Source: Marsupella aquatica (taxonomy: Eukaryota > Plantae > Marchantiophyta). From it: a stretch of DNA of 64,000 nt. How positions within the stretch are numbered: the stretch's first letter is position 1; the number at the start of each line of letters is the position of its first letter. The DNA lies in contig OZ316896.1 of the NCBI GenBank assembly GCA_973895155.1, positions 12,566,549-12,630,548 of the forward strand, given 5' to 3'. A program made the position numbers and the translations under genes. Positions 37,372 through 48,827 of the stretch are shown here, piece by piece. A model generated the notes under the pieces. The model saw only the letters and a list, made by a program, of their open reading frames with translations. It was not told where the DNA came from and searched no databases.

Positions 37372-39798
37372 ATGCCAATGGCTAGAACGGCGTACCATGA
37401 ACAGCAGCAGATGCCGAGTCAGGAAGGAGTCGACGCGGACACGCTCAGCATTGGAATGTCGTCTGGTGAATATGCCGATGTTGAAGAAGTATTCGTTGGG
37501 ATGTCTGGTGTCATGCGGAGTGCATCAAGCCTCTCCAACGCGAGCTCGAGCTCGTCTGTCGCTTCAATGTCTTCAGATGAGTCTGCGGAAAGGCCTTTGA
37601 GTACTTCTGGCAAGAGGCACAGCAGTCATAGTTTAGGCTTCGCAGAGCACGCCGCAATTATCGGGATACGTGAGCAACCTTTGCAAAGTAGCATGAGCAG
37701 AAAGCATGGTTGGCTACCGTTCCCTCCGGCAAAGAAGCTTGATTCGTGTTTTTCCAACCCGTCGAGTTCCACATCAGATGATTCCCAGGTTGATGCAAGA
37801 TCGTCACTGGCGACGCCATCAGATGGATCTCCGTTTTGCTCAACTCCATCTACCAGAGCGAAACTGTACGAAATCAAAGTAAAGAATCTTTTCTATAAGC
37901 TGCCACCGCCCAAGCGAACCTATCTGTCAAAGCTCAAGAAATATTGCACCGAACGTCCCAAGGTGGATGATGATGACAAGTTCAGGACGAACGATCGGTA
38001 CATTCTGAGAAATATAAACTTCGCCGCCAAGCCTGGGGAGCTTTTAGGCATTGCTGGGCCGAGCGGAGCAGGAAAATCGACGATTCTAGAGTGCCTGGCC
38101 GGGCGGGTGACCCCTTCTAGTCCCCCCGGATGCATACTCGTCAACAACCAGGTCATGAACGACTCAACGTTCCGACGAATCTCAGGATATGTGATGCAAG
38201 ATGATGCCTTGTTTCCGACTCTCACTGTTTTTGAGACATTACTCTTCAGCGCAAGGTTGAGACTCTCATCTTCGATGTCTAGTGAAGAGAAGCTGTCGAG
38301 AGTGCAAGGCCTTCTGGTCGAGCTTGGGTTGCAGCACGCGGCCAACACGCGCATCGGAAACGAGATGATCAGAGGTGTTTCCGGAGGTGAGAGACGACGG
38401 GTTTCCATCGGCGTGGACGTAATTCATGACCCCGCCGTGCTGATCCTAGACGAGCCGACGTCTGGTTTGGATAGTGGAGCTGCCCTGAACGTCGTTGCCA
38501 TGCTTCTTTCTATGGCTGTGTCTCGGAGCCGGACTGTTATTCTTAGCATCCATCAGCCGAGTTTTAGGATTCTGCAGCTTATGCACTCGATACTCCTGGT
38601 TGCGGGAGGTATGGTCGTACACCATGGGAGCCTGGACCTCCTGGCGGCCAGGCTCGCGACGGCTGGACATGAAGTGCCCGCGCAGACTAATGTTATGGAG
38701 TACGCCATCGATGCGGTGAACTCATGGGAGACCGAGGGATGCATGGGCAGCTATGCCACCATTGCCAAGGGGCTTACCCTGCAGCACATGTTCGCTCTCG
38801 GGAAAGACTTCCACAGCTGCGATTTTGGCTTGATTGATTTAGAGAGCGGTTTAGCTTCGTCGAAGGATGATGGAGCTGAGGGGAGCAAATTGCAGCAAGG
38901 TGGAGGAGATGATGGTGATCATCCAGACAAGATTTCTTACTCGAACAATGTTGTGCAAGAGACAGTGGTGCTCACGGAGCGCTTATTCAAGAATATTCTG
39001 CGCACCAAGGAGCTCTTCACCGGCAGAAGCATCCAGGCTCTCGCAGCGGGCATAATCCTCGGCACAGTGTTTCTCAATGTGCGAAACACTCGGCGAGGTG
39101 TCCAAGACCGGCTCGGATTCTTCGTTTTCACCCTCTCGTTTTTATTAAACTCTACCACGGAAGCGCTGCCCATTTTCCTGCAAGAGCGCCAGATCTTGTT
39201 GCGAGAGACCTCAAGAGGAGCGTACCGCATTTCGTCCTACGTCCTCTCGCACGCTGTAGTCTTCGTTCCTTTCCTTTTTACCATTGCAGTCTTATACGGC
39301 GCTCCGTCGTACTGGCTCACGGGACTGACCTCCTCGGTCGGGAATTTTCTGTTCTATTGCTTCGTCCTTTGGTTAACTCTAGTTCTTGCCAACTCCTTTG
39401 TGGCCTTCTTCAGCGCGCTGGTTCCCAACTACATCATGGGGCAAGCTCTCGTCGCCGCTTTTATGGGGGCCTTCTTCCTCTTCTCCGGCTACATCATTAA
39501 CAGACATGAAATTCCCAAATACTGGATCTGGATGCACTACATCTCACTCTTCAAGTACCCGTTCGACGCGCTTCTGTTGAATGAGTTCGGAGGTCACAAC
39601 ATCAAGTGCTACGATAAAGGAGCCACTATACATGGAAAGAGCTCGTGTCTGCTCACGGGAAGTGAGGTGTTAAACAATGCAGGTGTCCAAGGGCACCAGA
39701 AGTGGAATGATGTGTTAGCTATGGTCGCATTTATCCTCTTCTACCGCATCAGCTGCTACGTTACAGTTCGCTGGCGACTCACTCGTCGCAATCGCTAG
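37372..39798 (+). CDS. Half-size ABC transporter, G family (WBC type, resembling the Arabidopsis ABCG5/8/10/23 group), intronless, 808 aa
   Basis: NBD-TMD order with Walker A GPSGAGKST, Q-loop GYVMQDD, signature VSGGERRRVSIG, Walker B LILDEPTSGLDS and H-loop SIHQP. The ABC2 membrane domain has ERQILLRETSRGAY, FSGY and IPKYWIWMHYISLFKY. There is a Ser-rich N-terminal extension of about 160 aa. Confidence 0.96.
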   Translation: MPMARTAYHEQQQMPSQEGVDADTLSIGMSSGEYADVEEVFVGMSGVMRSASSLSNASSSSSVASMSSDESAERPLSTSGKRHSSHSLGFAEHAAIIGIREQPLQSSMSRKHGWLPFPPAKKLDSCFSNPSSSTSDDSQVDARSSLATPSDGSPFCSTPSTRAKLYEIKVKNLFYKLPPPKRTYLSKLKKYCTERPKVDDDDKFRTNDRYILRNINFAAKPGELLGIAGPSGAGKSTILECLAGRVTPSSPPGCILVNNQVMNDSTFRRISGYVMQDDALFPTLTVFETLLFSARLRLSSSMSSEEKLSRVQGLLVELGLQHAANTRIGNEMIRGVSGGERRRVSIGVDVIHDPAVLILDEPTSGLDSGAALNVVAMLLSMAVSRSRTVILSIHQPSFRILQLMHSILLVAGGMVVHHGSLDLLAARLATAGHEVPAQTNVMEYAIDAVNSWETEGCMGSYATIAKGLTLQHMFALGKDFHSCDFGLIDLESGLASSKDDGAEGSKLQQGGGDDGDHPDKISYSNNVVQETVVLTERLFKNILRTKELFTGRSIQALAAGIILGTVFLNVRNTRRGVQDRLGFFVFTLSFLLNSTTEALPIFLQERQILLRETSRGAYRISSYVLSHAVVFVPFLFTIAVLYGAPSYWLTGLTSSVGNFLFYCFVLWLTLVLANSFVAFFSALVPNYIMGQALVAAFMGAFFLFSGYIINRHEIPKYWIWMHYISLFKYPFDALLLNEFGGHNIKCYDKGATIHGKSSCLLTGSEVLNNAGVQGHQKWNDVLAMVAFILFYRISCYVTVRWRLTRRNR

Positions 39799-42267
39799 AC
39801 TAGCTACTGGAGCTAACCGAGCTAGCAACTACATTACACTGGACTAAAATGTGTCCAACGTCAGCCTCTCTTGATCCATCTGGGTTCCATGGACTTCAAA
39901 TTCATTCATTCATTGACACATTCGCTCGTCCATATATTCTTGATGTGTTTCGATCAACTCGAATTCCATTGAGGTTACCGGTCAGCTATAGAGTTGTTGA
40001 ACTACGGTCATTTGAGCGTACTCCCGCTGCCACAATCAAAGGAGACCTCGGTTGACAAACTGATCGATTTAGAAAATCACCATAAGTACGTCCTTCAGGT
40101 GGATACAGCAACAGGACTTTGACAGGCTGAGTCAAGCTATACATGTACAAAATTTACAGAGTCGTGCCTCAAGCTTGAGAAATCACCTCCGAAGCTATTC
40201 CCCGGTCTGATTAGAGGTTAATTCACTTCAATCGCTAGACCAGACAATGATTTGTTTTCCAAGGTCAAGACAAGGGATCGAATCCAACATTGGGACGCGC
40301 ACACTTACGAATTCAAGGGTACTTGACCATCACCTGGTGAGATCAAAATCTCGCGAAGAAACGGATTCCCTTCATTGGGAAATGTAAGTAACCATAATAA
40401 GATTTAGTCCTGTTTTGCAGATGATTTGAAGCTCTTACGGTAGAGCTTCTTCGCCATCGCTCAGGGCTTGAAGTTTGATAATTCTGAGACCAAATCGAAT
40501 TTGAATCTGTTAATTGGATTATTGTTCATTGACTGGACACATCAAATTGACATGATATTGACTTCAGGGAGGCTTTGATCGAAGCGGTAGATTGACTCAG
40601 AGAGACTCCCTCAGTGTACAATCATGAAGGTTGGATCTAGATTCATCGCCTTGAAGTTGCAAATCTATTTATTCGCCTCGAGCTCAGGGTCGATCATGCA
40701 CGTGTCGATGCCAAGGCACAAGCTAATTTACAGTAGCTCGCTAGGAGCTCGCTAGGCGGTCTCGTATACTCGCTTGTATCACAGAGCGTCTCATGGTCGA
40801 TAGCGAATAAACACAATAATTTATACTCCGTTATATAGCCAGATCCCAGATTCTCCATTCCTCAGCTTGCTTGCCGTTGCACTTTCGTTTCGATTGATGG
40901 TGACGTCTGTTGTGAGTTACACTTCTGGATGAATTCGACTCTGTGAATGTCCCGATGTACTAGAAGTACTAGTGAAAGCCCGAACATACTCAGTTTGCGG
41001 TGCATGAGTGTTGATCGTCGCATCGATCGTAAAGAACGTCGGTCACATGAAAATCAGTATCTGAAAGACATGAATTCTGGTGAGATTGAAAATCTGGCTC
41101 AATTTGCAACTGTTTAGAGCTAATATCTCCCAGAACCTTTGTCTTTTCCTCAAAAGCATGCATGGTGAGCATTTACGTCAATATGCCACTGTTGATGTCA
41201 GTCTTCCTAACCCAGGCAATTTTGTGCAAGCCTGTTGATGTCAGTCTTCCTAACCCAAGCAATTTTGTACAAGCCTTATCCAGGTTGACAAGGAAGAGGG
41301 GCAAAATCACAAAATTGTTCACATCACATACAATTAGTCTCTACATCGTGAAACAACTTCCGCCATCGCGATTTAACGTCCCTGCGACATTTAGATTGAC
41401 TGAAAATTGACTTTCATTTACTTCGTGCTAGTCGTCGTGCCAGACTTGCATGTTTCAAGTTCTTCCTCCTCTTCCTTTCCTTTGTAGTCGAGCCTCGAGC
41501 CTGCTTCCAAGAGCTCCACAACAGTGCCAGCTCCGGAACAATTACATCGCGTTCTCGAGCACCGTTGCTGCGATTATCAGGCTTGCTAGGCAAAAGGTAC
41601 GCTACTAATCATAAGGAAGATCAAGAACTTCATTTCGCTCTCTTTAAATATATAGCTGTCTGTAGTACATATGACCTACATTATCCTAGTAGAAGCTAGG
41701 ATTTGTGGCCTCGCGCGAGGAGCATCCACACTTTCTGGAGCTAAGTTTCCTTCGATCGTTACAGGAGCATCGTTTGGAGGCAGAGCTTCACGACCGGAAT
41801 TTGCACGATCTACGCGAAATGCAAACGATCGACTCACGCACGAGAGTTTTTTGGCGTCGTTTTAGTAGTACCAGAATTGTTTAATTTGCGGACAAAAGCC
41901 AAAGGGGATTTTTTCCAGGCAGGTTACCCGAGAAGCCAGGCCAAGGCTACTTAAATCAGAACCGACAGGGATTGTACGGGAGCAGGTGATTGAATAAATG
42001 AACGGAAGAAGTCAGGGAGTTCATGATTCATGAGCATCTTCATCGTAAGACTTTGGCGAGCGAGAACTGTCAACTTCCTGACATGCCTGCTGCCGACTAG
42101 ACTAGACTATTTGAAGGTCAGAAGCTTTTATTACCATCGTTGAGCTATCTTCTCCTTCAGAACCCCGGGTTCAGAACCACCGCTCGTTCTATTTAACTTG
42201 TGCGTCGCCTTTGCCTGGTATCTTTCTTTCCAAGCATCATTCATCGTACAGTGGCCTGCTTGAATAA

Positions 42268-42335
42268 TGCTGGAGCTCAAGAATATCGACCTACCTCTCG
42301 GGTACATCGTAGTGCTCTACCACTGAGCTCCACCA
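42268..42335 (-). mobile_element. tRNA-like / SINE fragment
   Basis: The minus strand reads ggtggagctcagtggtagagca, a canonical tRNA D-arm/A-box, followed by a degenerate T-arm region. Confidence 0.4.
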
Positions 42336-45034
42336 TTAAGCTAGCTACAGGCGTTTCATGCCTGCAACCATCCCTAGTTCAAGTGTGGTTCATGTCCAGC
42401 AAACAATTATTCCTTGATCATTCTGTAGCCTACACACGTTTACTTTGTGTGTATAGGATCTGCTATCTTTAGTTTCCCTGCCCATTCTCTCTCATTCTAG
42501 CTCGTACGTACACCCCGACGTACACGTCTGATGCTGCACCAAAATGGAACAAATGGCTCGAGTTCTACCGGATGTTGGGTGGACCAGTTAACCTCCAGCA
42601 GCTTCAAAAAAACGTTGAAGGTGTCAGCAATGTGTAGGACTCCCTTGAAATCGGGACACGATGCCTGTGAGCCACCTCCCTGCCATCGAATGAAATCCAA
42701 CGATATATACACATTCTTGTGGAGTTCGCAGGTTCTGATCGAGTGAGCTTTGCGTCGAAGAGAGAGCCGTGGCTCACGGCAGTGCTTTGTGATGGGGCAC
42801 CACCTGGCTCACAAGGCTAAACTCGATGAAGCAGTGCAAAGGTCGAGCTAGCATCATTCAAGCGATCAAAAATGGCTTGATGCTCGACATTCACAGGTAG
42901 GTGCTGATCGAGGTTCCAATTGTTGATCAGAGCAAATGTGCAATAGACGACGCGCTCATCTATTGAAGTCCAAGAAATAACACTTTTGAATAAGATAATG
43001 TCCTGTTTAGAGTACATTATTTTCTTCATAATGTTTGTAACTACAGTAGTACATTTAGATATGCTTAAACATTCGAGTGAGTTTTTTATAAGAGACAAGA
43101 AAAACCAATCTCTAACATAGAAAATTTAACACCATGCAAAAACTGGTCACTAAGTATGCAATTGATTTTTTTATATAGACAAGAAAAATTAATCCTCTAA
43201 CATAGAAAATTGAAGTTAAAAGACCATGCAAAAAATACTCACAATGCAATTGACCTAAAATATAAGTCCTAGCAGGCAAGCATTATGGGTCAGGTATAAT
43301 GCCACAAAAACCTTTAGCTTTGGTTTGAGTGACTAGCTATTATTTGCTCATAATGCTGGGAGAACAAGACCTGACTACACTTAAAAGCCTGAGAGATTTT
43401 TAGCTTTCTAAATTTAGTATAAGTATAAGTAATATTCCTAAAGAGAATCTTGACCAGGGCATTCTGGTCCCAGATTCCCTGGAAAATACAAACCAAAAAG
43501 GTCATGAAGGCAGTATTGACTTTTATATGTGTTGGTGCTTCTTTTGAAAAGCTTTGAAACATGTATATTTAGTTGGCAAAGTGCATTTTTCTGCAAATCT
43601 TTTCCTTTTGTGCTGCAGTTCTCATGTAGCGCCACTTTTTGTCAAGAAAGATTTGAAACATAGACTTGGTTGCCAAAGGAGTTCTCGTGCAAGTCTTTTC
43701 CTCAGGTGTTGCTTTTGTCATGTCGTGCCTTTTTGTAAAGAAAAGAGTTGAAACATAGATTTGGTGGGTTGCCTAAAAGGTGCTTTCGTCAAGTTATGCC
43801 ACTTTTTGTCAAGAAGAAAAATGGATTTGGTTGCTAAAAAGGTCAAGCAAATCTTTCCTTATGTGTTGCTTTTGACACTTTTTGTTATTCAAGAAAGATT
43901 CACGACTCATGCATGCTTAAGCAAGTTTGTGCACAAGTCTATTTTGAAAACTTTTTGTAAAACATGCTCCAAAACAATTACTTAGAGTATCCTTTGCTCA
44001 AGCTTGATGTTATTGAAAAAGTTTGAGCAATGATGAGTTGTATATTGAAATGGGTTTGAATATGGAAATGAGAGGAAAAAGATATGGAGGATTTTGAATG
44101 AATTGATTTAAGGTAATAAGAACAATTTGTTGAAGACAAAACTAAGGAGTTTATTCAAGGGTTCTTTTACCTAACCCCTTTACCCTTTTCTTTGTTTATT
44201 TGACGTGTTATTTTTCATGTTCCATTGTTTTGATAGTTACAACGTCCAACTGTAATTTTTGTCTTGCCTCAAATACAACTAGTCATATTTGATTCTTGTT
44301 CCAACTTGTTTGTGACCAATGGTGCTGATGTGGTTGCGTGAGCTTCCAGCAATTTTCAAAGGAGCTTTCCATGGGGATCCGGAAACACTACCTTAATTTG
44401 CAGGTAGGTCTACTGTTTATGATACTCACTAAATTAAGTGCACTTCAGTCCTTGCCCTCCATAATATGACCCAACTCGCATGTGAGCGGCCCTTTGTGAA
44501 GCGGCCCTCTACTTCACACATGGCATAAAACTATTTACTGAAAATATTGTGGAGATACACCAACATCTGGCAAGGCTTATGTTGACTGTGAAGAGTGCGG
44601 AACCAAGGGCAAGTTTTGGCCCTTGCAGGTCACTTCCTCTGAAAAGATAATAAAAACAAGAAACAGTATTTCTAACTTTCAGCTCTTCCTGTGAATAGGA
44701 ACTAGTCAGAATAGAGATACACTACAGGGCTTGGGCACATGACATGTTCCACTACAGCTGATACTACTGCCAAAGGAGATGTACATTTTACTGTTTGTTT
44801 TGTGAGGACTGAGGACGGCAAAACAAAGAGCCAGTGACATGCGAGTTGGGCCTAAAGTGCAGCAGATATGAAACCTTGCGTTCACAATGAGTGTTGTACG
44901 CATGAGGTACACAAAATTCAGAATCTGAATGATTGTTGTTTTGTGTGCCACTACAGTTTTACCATCTATATTTTATAGCATTCGATCCAATATCACTTTG
45001 AATGATTAGAGATCCCAGTATAACTAACATCTTA

Positions 45035-45343
45035 CCCGGGGCCCTCATTTCTTTTCTTTCGACCCATCACGCGCGAATAAGTATAGATCTTTTTTATTGA
45101 GTTTAGTGAAATATTTTTAAATTTTTGTTGAAGAACATTAGGGTCATTTTAATCCAATTTTGAGAATTATAAGAATCATAGGGTTTTTCAAAATCAAATC
45201 TAGGAATATTCTTGGACTATTCTATTAAGTTAGGGTTAAAAAAATTCCTTAAAAAAATTTTATTGACTTAAGTTTTAGGGTGTTTATTTTCCCCAAAACT
45301 TCACGCGTGATATGGGACACCCCTTGGATTGAGGCCCCCTGAG
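45035..45343. mobile_element. hAT-type MITE (309 bp) with 8-bp TSD
   Basis: TSD acatctta at 45027-45034 and 45344-45351. Imperfect TIRs: cccggggccctcatt...cccatcacgcgcgaa versus the reverse complement ctcagggggcctcaat...cccatatcacgcgtgaa. 8-bp TSDs are characteristic of hAT elements. Confidence 0.75.
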
Positions 45344-48300
45344 ACATCTTAGATGAGTTTCACCCTTGCACACTTACTTGGGATTTTACTTCCACAAAAA
45401 TGGCACATCACATGTGACAAATGATAGGTTCATTTTATTTGTTTTAAGGGAAAAGTAAATTAAAAATTTATGTGAAGAACATTGGGGTCTCTTAAATCCA
45501 ATTTTGATACTCATAAGAACATAAGGGTCTTTTTAATCAAAATTTCAGAATATTTTAGGAATATTCTAATTTTATATATGTTATAAATTTTCTTAAATCT
45601 TACATTTTAGGGGGAGCAAGACCTACAAACGTCAACGGGGAGGCCTCCATATAGTGAAACTCCCCAGGGTGCACACCAAACAATGTAACCCCACCAGTGT
45701 GTTTAGCAAGAGTCAATGAGGCACCCACACATCCGGTTTAACTTCTTGAAGGGGACTTAGGGTTCCTCACTTGTCCTGTCTTTCACACACACCAAAAATA
45801 GCCACCAACCGTTCGAACCACAAGAAAAATTGAAGTGTTGGATGCGCTGGCCAAAACAGCTGCCGAGACATTAGGGGGTCTCAAACCTCAAAGTTTGGTG
45901 GACCTTAACTTAGTTGACATTAAGGTTATGAACAGAAAAAGTTATGGACGACCATATTCATAGTCCATTTAACTTTTTTCCAGGCATAAAGGCTGGTCAT
46001 ATGCCATGGTCATAAATCCATGACTTTTACACAACCCTTTGAAGCTATGGCCAGAAGCCATCTTCCTCAACTTTGAAGCTTTGAGACCTCCTAGTGGATG
46101 GAAAAGTCAATTGTGGTCATTTTATCGGTCTTGCCAAGCTCTGACCCACAAGCTTGTGGAGCCTAGGTCTGCCAGCCTTGACAGGAGAAAGCATCAGTCG
46201 GGCTTCAAAGTTGAGGTATGAACACAGACCAGACCATGGTAGGGGCTCAAAAAATGAGCTCCCAGTTGGGCCCAAATAATCTAATCAAATCAATAACATA
46301 AATACACTGGGAAGACTCATCCGAGGGAGGAGGCTTCACCAATTAGAGTGGCAAAGTTTATATTGACACTCTCTCTCTTTGTTTGTATTGAATTCATTTC
46401 TTATATCACGACAAATGAAGATCTGTTGGACAGTATGAGAAAGCTCACTCCAAGTGAGGACCAAGAACTGAAAGTCACATACTAAAATATTAAAGATGGT
46501 CCGACTTTCGTCGCTACTGGACTTTTGGGTTCTTTTATGTACTGGGCCTGACCTAAGGGAAGACAAGCAATGACACATGTCAAGCCTCAAGTAGATTGAT
46601 GTACACATCACTAAGCAGTCTAAGTATATGAACTGTATGAACAACTCTGATTTCAGGAAGTAAAACCACCATAAGATCTTCCAAAACAGGATCGAGAAAA
46701 TCCCATATACAACTTTAAGATCATTGTAGAAGAAGCTATTCACTATCCAGAGGTTCACAAGGAATCAAAAGTTTGACTTAATTTCACAATTTCAAAAACT
46801 TCCTTTGGCTACCAGTGGTTTTTCAAAGGGAGCTAAAATAAAAACTCACAGAATCAGGAGACAAAGGAGAAGGCCACCCACCTCCCTAGTTTTGCTAGCT
46901 CTGTTGTGGCCGTGGGAACTTGATCGAGAGGAAAGTTGCAAAGGAGCTATAAACTCCTGAACGTCTGAGACCAACGTCAACTCAGACCTTGTGGCCTCAT
47001 TCTCGTAATTTGGATGACCTTAAGTTTCTGACTACATCACAGAAACCTGAATTCCGGTTAGTTACTTTAAACACAAGCTAGGCAATTCTCTGACCAAAAT
47101 ATAACTGATCACAATCTCAAAATGAGCAATCATCCAAAGAACCTGGCTTGCACGTTGGATTGTGTGTCTGCTGACAGAGTTATTTGCGAGGCAGATGTTG
47201 ATTGAGCCAAATAGAAAGCAGAAGTTAATTTGAATCATGATGTGCTACTTGGTGGAATCTCTGTATTTAGAGAGGAATCTCTGTATTTAGAGATCCCTTC
47301 AAAACAAAAATCCAAGAACCGCAAAACAGGGTCCTTTGGACAATATTGAGGTAGATGGTGGAGTAGATGACTCATGGTAAATCTCACGTGAATTGTAGTT
47401 GTTTTCCTGTTCAAGAATAAGTGGCATCATTCTTACTTAAATAGTGGAGTCCTTTGTTTTACTCATAAACTCACTCGATCATCATTCCAAGAGCAATGAC
47501 TATCTTGGACTGGCTTACAGTGCAGCAGAGTATCCCCCAGACAACAGCATGTGAATGCCACCCCTCAATCGTCAAAAGACGACCATCAACTATAAATATG
47601 CTCTGAGCTATGGAACTCTTTGTAACAAGTAGAATTGAGTGGAGTTGTTCTTCCTCCCTCTTAACGGATGAGGAATGACTCTGGCATTGTATTCCCTAGG
47701 TACACACAAACTGATTCTCACTAGAGCCATTGTTAGTAATTTTGGATAGTCCTCCCACATCGTGTGTTGGACAAGCTTGAGCTCTAGCATTGAGGTGAGG
47801 ACAGTTCACAGCTTTAAAGTCGCCTGGAAAACTTCCGCCGCACAAACTGATAAGTCCCTCAGCATCCTGAAAAGCATTGTGAGATAGCTAATCTAATTGG
47901 CAAAAGGAAAAACAGGGAAAGTTGTAGAGGTAGACAAGCACCGGCAAGTTCTTCAACTTAGATCGGAAAAAGTGACTGAATGGATTTATTAGCAGCAATG
48001 TATATTGCAAGATCAAGTCTGAGCACAAGTCAGAACCCTATTACACTCACTGATGAAGCTAAACTAATTGAGAAGTAGTTTTGATGTGAACATATCACTG
48101 GAATTCCCTCCTTTTGCCTTCTCTATGCCAGAGCCTCTTTCTGTTTACAATTAGACACACTTCTTGCAGGCCATTACATTTGTCACTAAGCCTGCAAAGC
48201 CCAATTTTTATTCCTGACAAACCTTCCTATGCGTCAAGCTGCACTTGTTCACCCAGCAGTACACAACAACCGCTTTCAGCACAATGAAAGTAACTCAAAA

Positions 48301-48436
48301 GCTTAATATATGAACAGACAAAAGCAAATTCACACTTAAAGCCCAACTTCAGTTCAATAGGGAAGATGAGACATGCATCTATTCCACACAAGTCCTCAAA
48401 CTATGACCTGCATCAATTTAGAACAAGAATAATGAT

Positions 48437-48827
48437 TGTTGGCAGGGTTGTTCGGGTGTGCAAACGAAAAGAGGGAAAAGTTTTGTTAGATATTGCTCTA
48501 GTCTTGTGACTCATGAGCTAACCACAGTTAGGCTAACTTGGGTTAGGACCTAGCTAATGTTAGCGGTAGTGCTGTTGTGTATTAAGCTAGGGCTGATGCC
48601 TGACCTTGGCGGAACTTAGACTCATTGTTACGGAGGTAGTTGAGAGATAGGGAGAGCTTGTGCTATGGATGCTTGGTATGGCCTGTCGGCCTAGAGTGCA
48701 GTAAAGCTCTTGTGTGTTCCCATGGATGTAGCCTCATGTGGAGGTGAACCACGTATCTCTCTGTGTCGACTCTTGTGTGTTGGATGGTTCATGGGCTTGC
48801 AGTTGCGAATGTCATCTATGTTCAACA
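48437..48827 (+). mobile_element. Probable solo LTR (Copia-like), about 390 bp
   Basis: It begins TGTTG and ends CAACA. It contains cccatggatgtagcc...gaaccacgtatctc, which resembles the conserved motif of plant Copia LTRs. The flanks (atgat / atcta) are not a perfect TSD. Confidence 0.55.

Noticed and set aside
41430-41650. Possible small secreted peptide gene on the minus strand (MKFLIFLMISSVPFA*)
   Set aside because: It stops after 15 codons, extending it needs a frameshift, and the TATA-like motif is too close to the ATG.
42268-42335. Functional tRNA gene
   Set aside because: Only the D-arm/A-box is good. There is no proper acceptor stem, anticodon arm or TTC T-loop.
46336-46758. 140-aa hydrophobic minus-strand ORF
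   Set aside because: Non-ATG start, T-rich composition and no recognisable domain.
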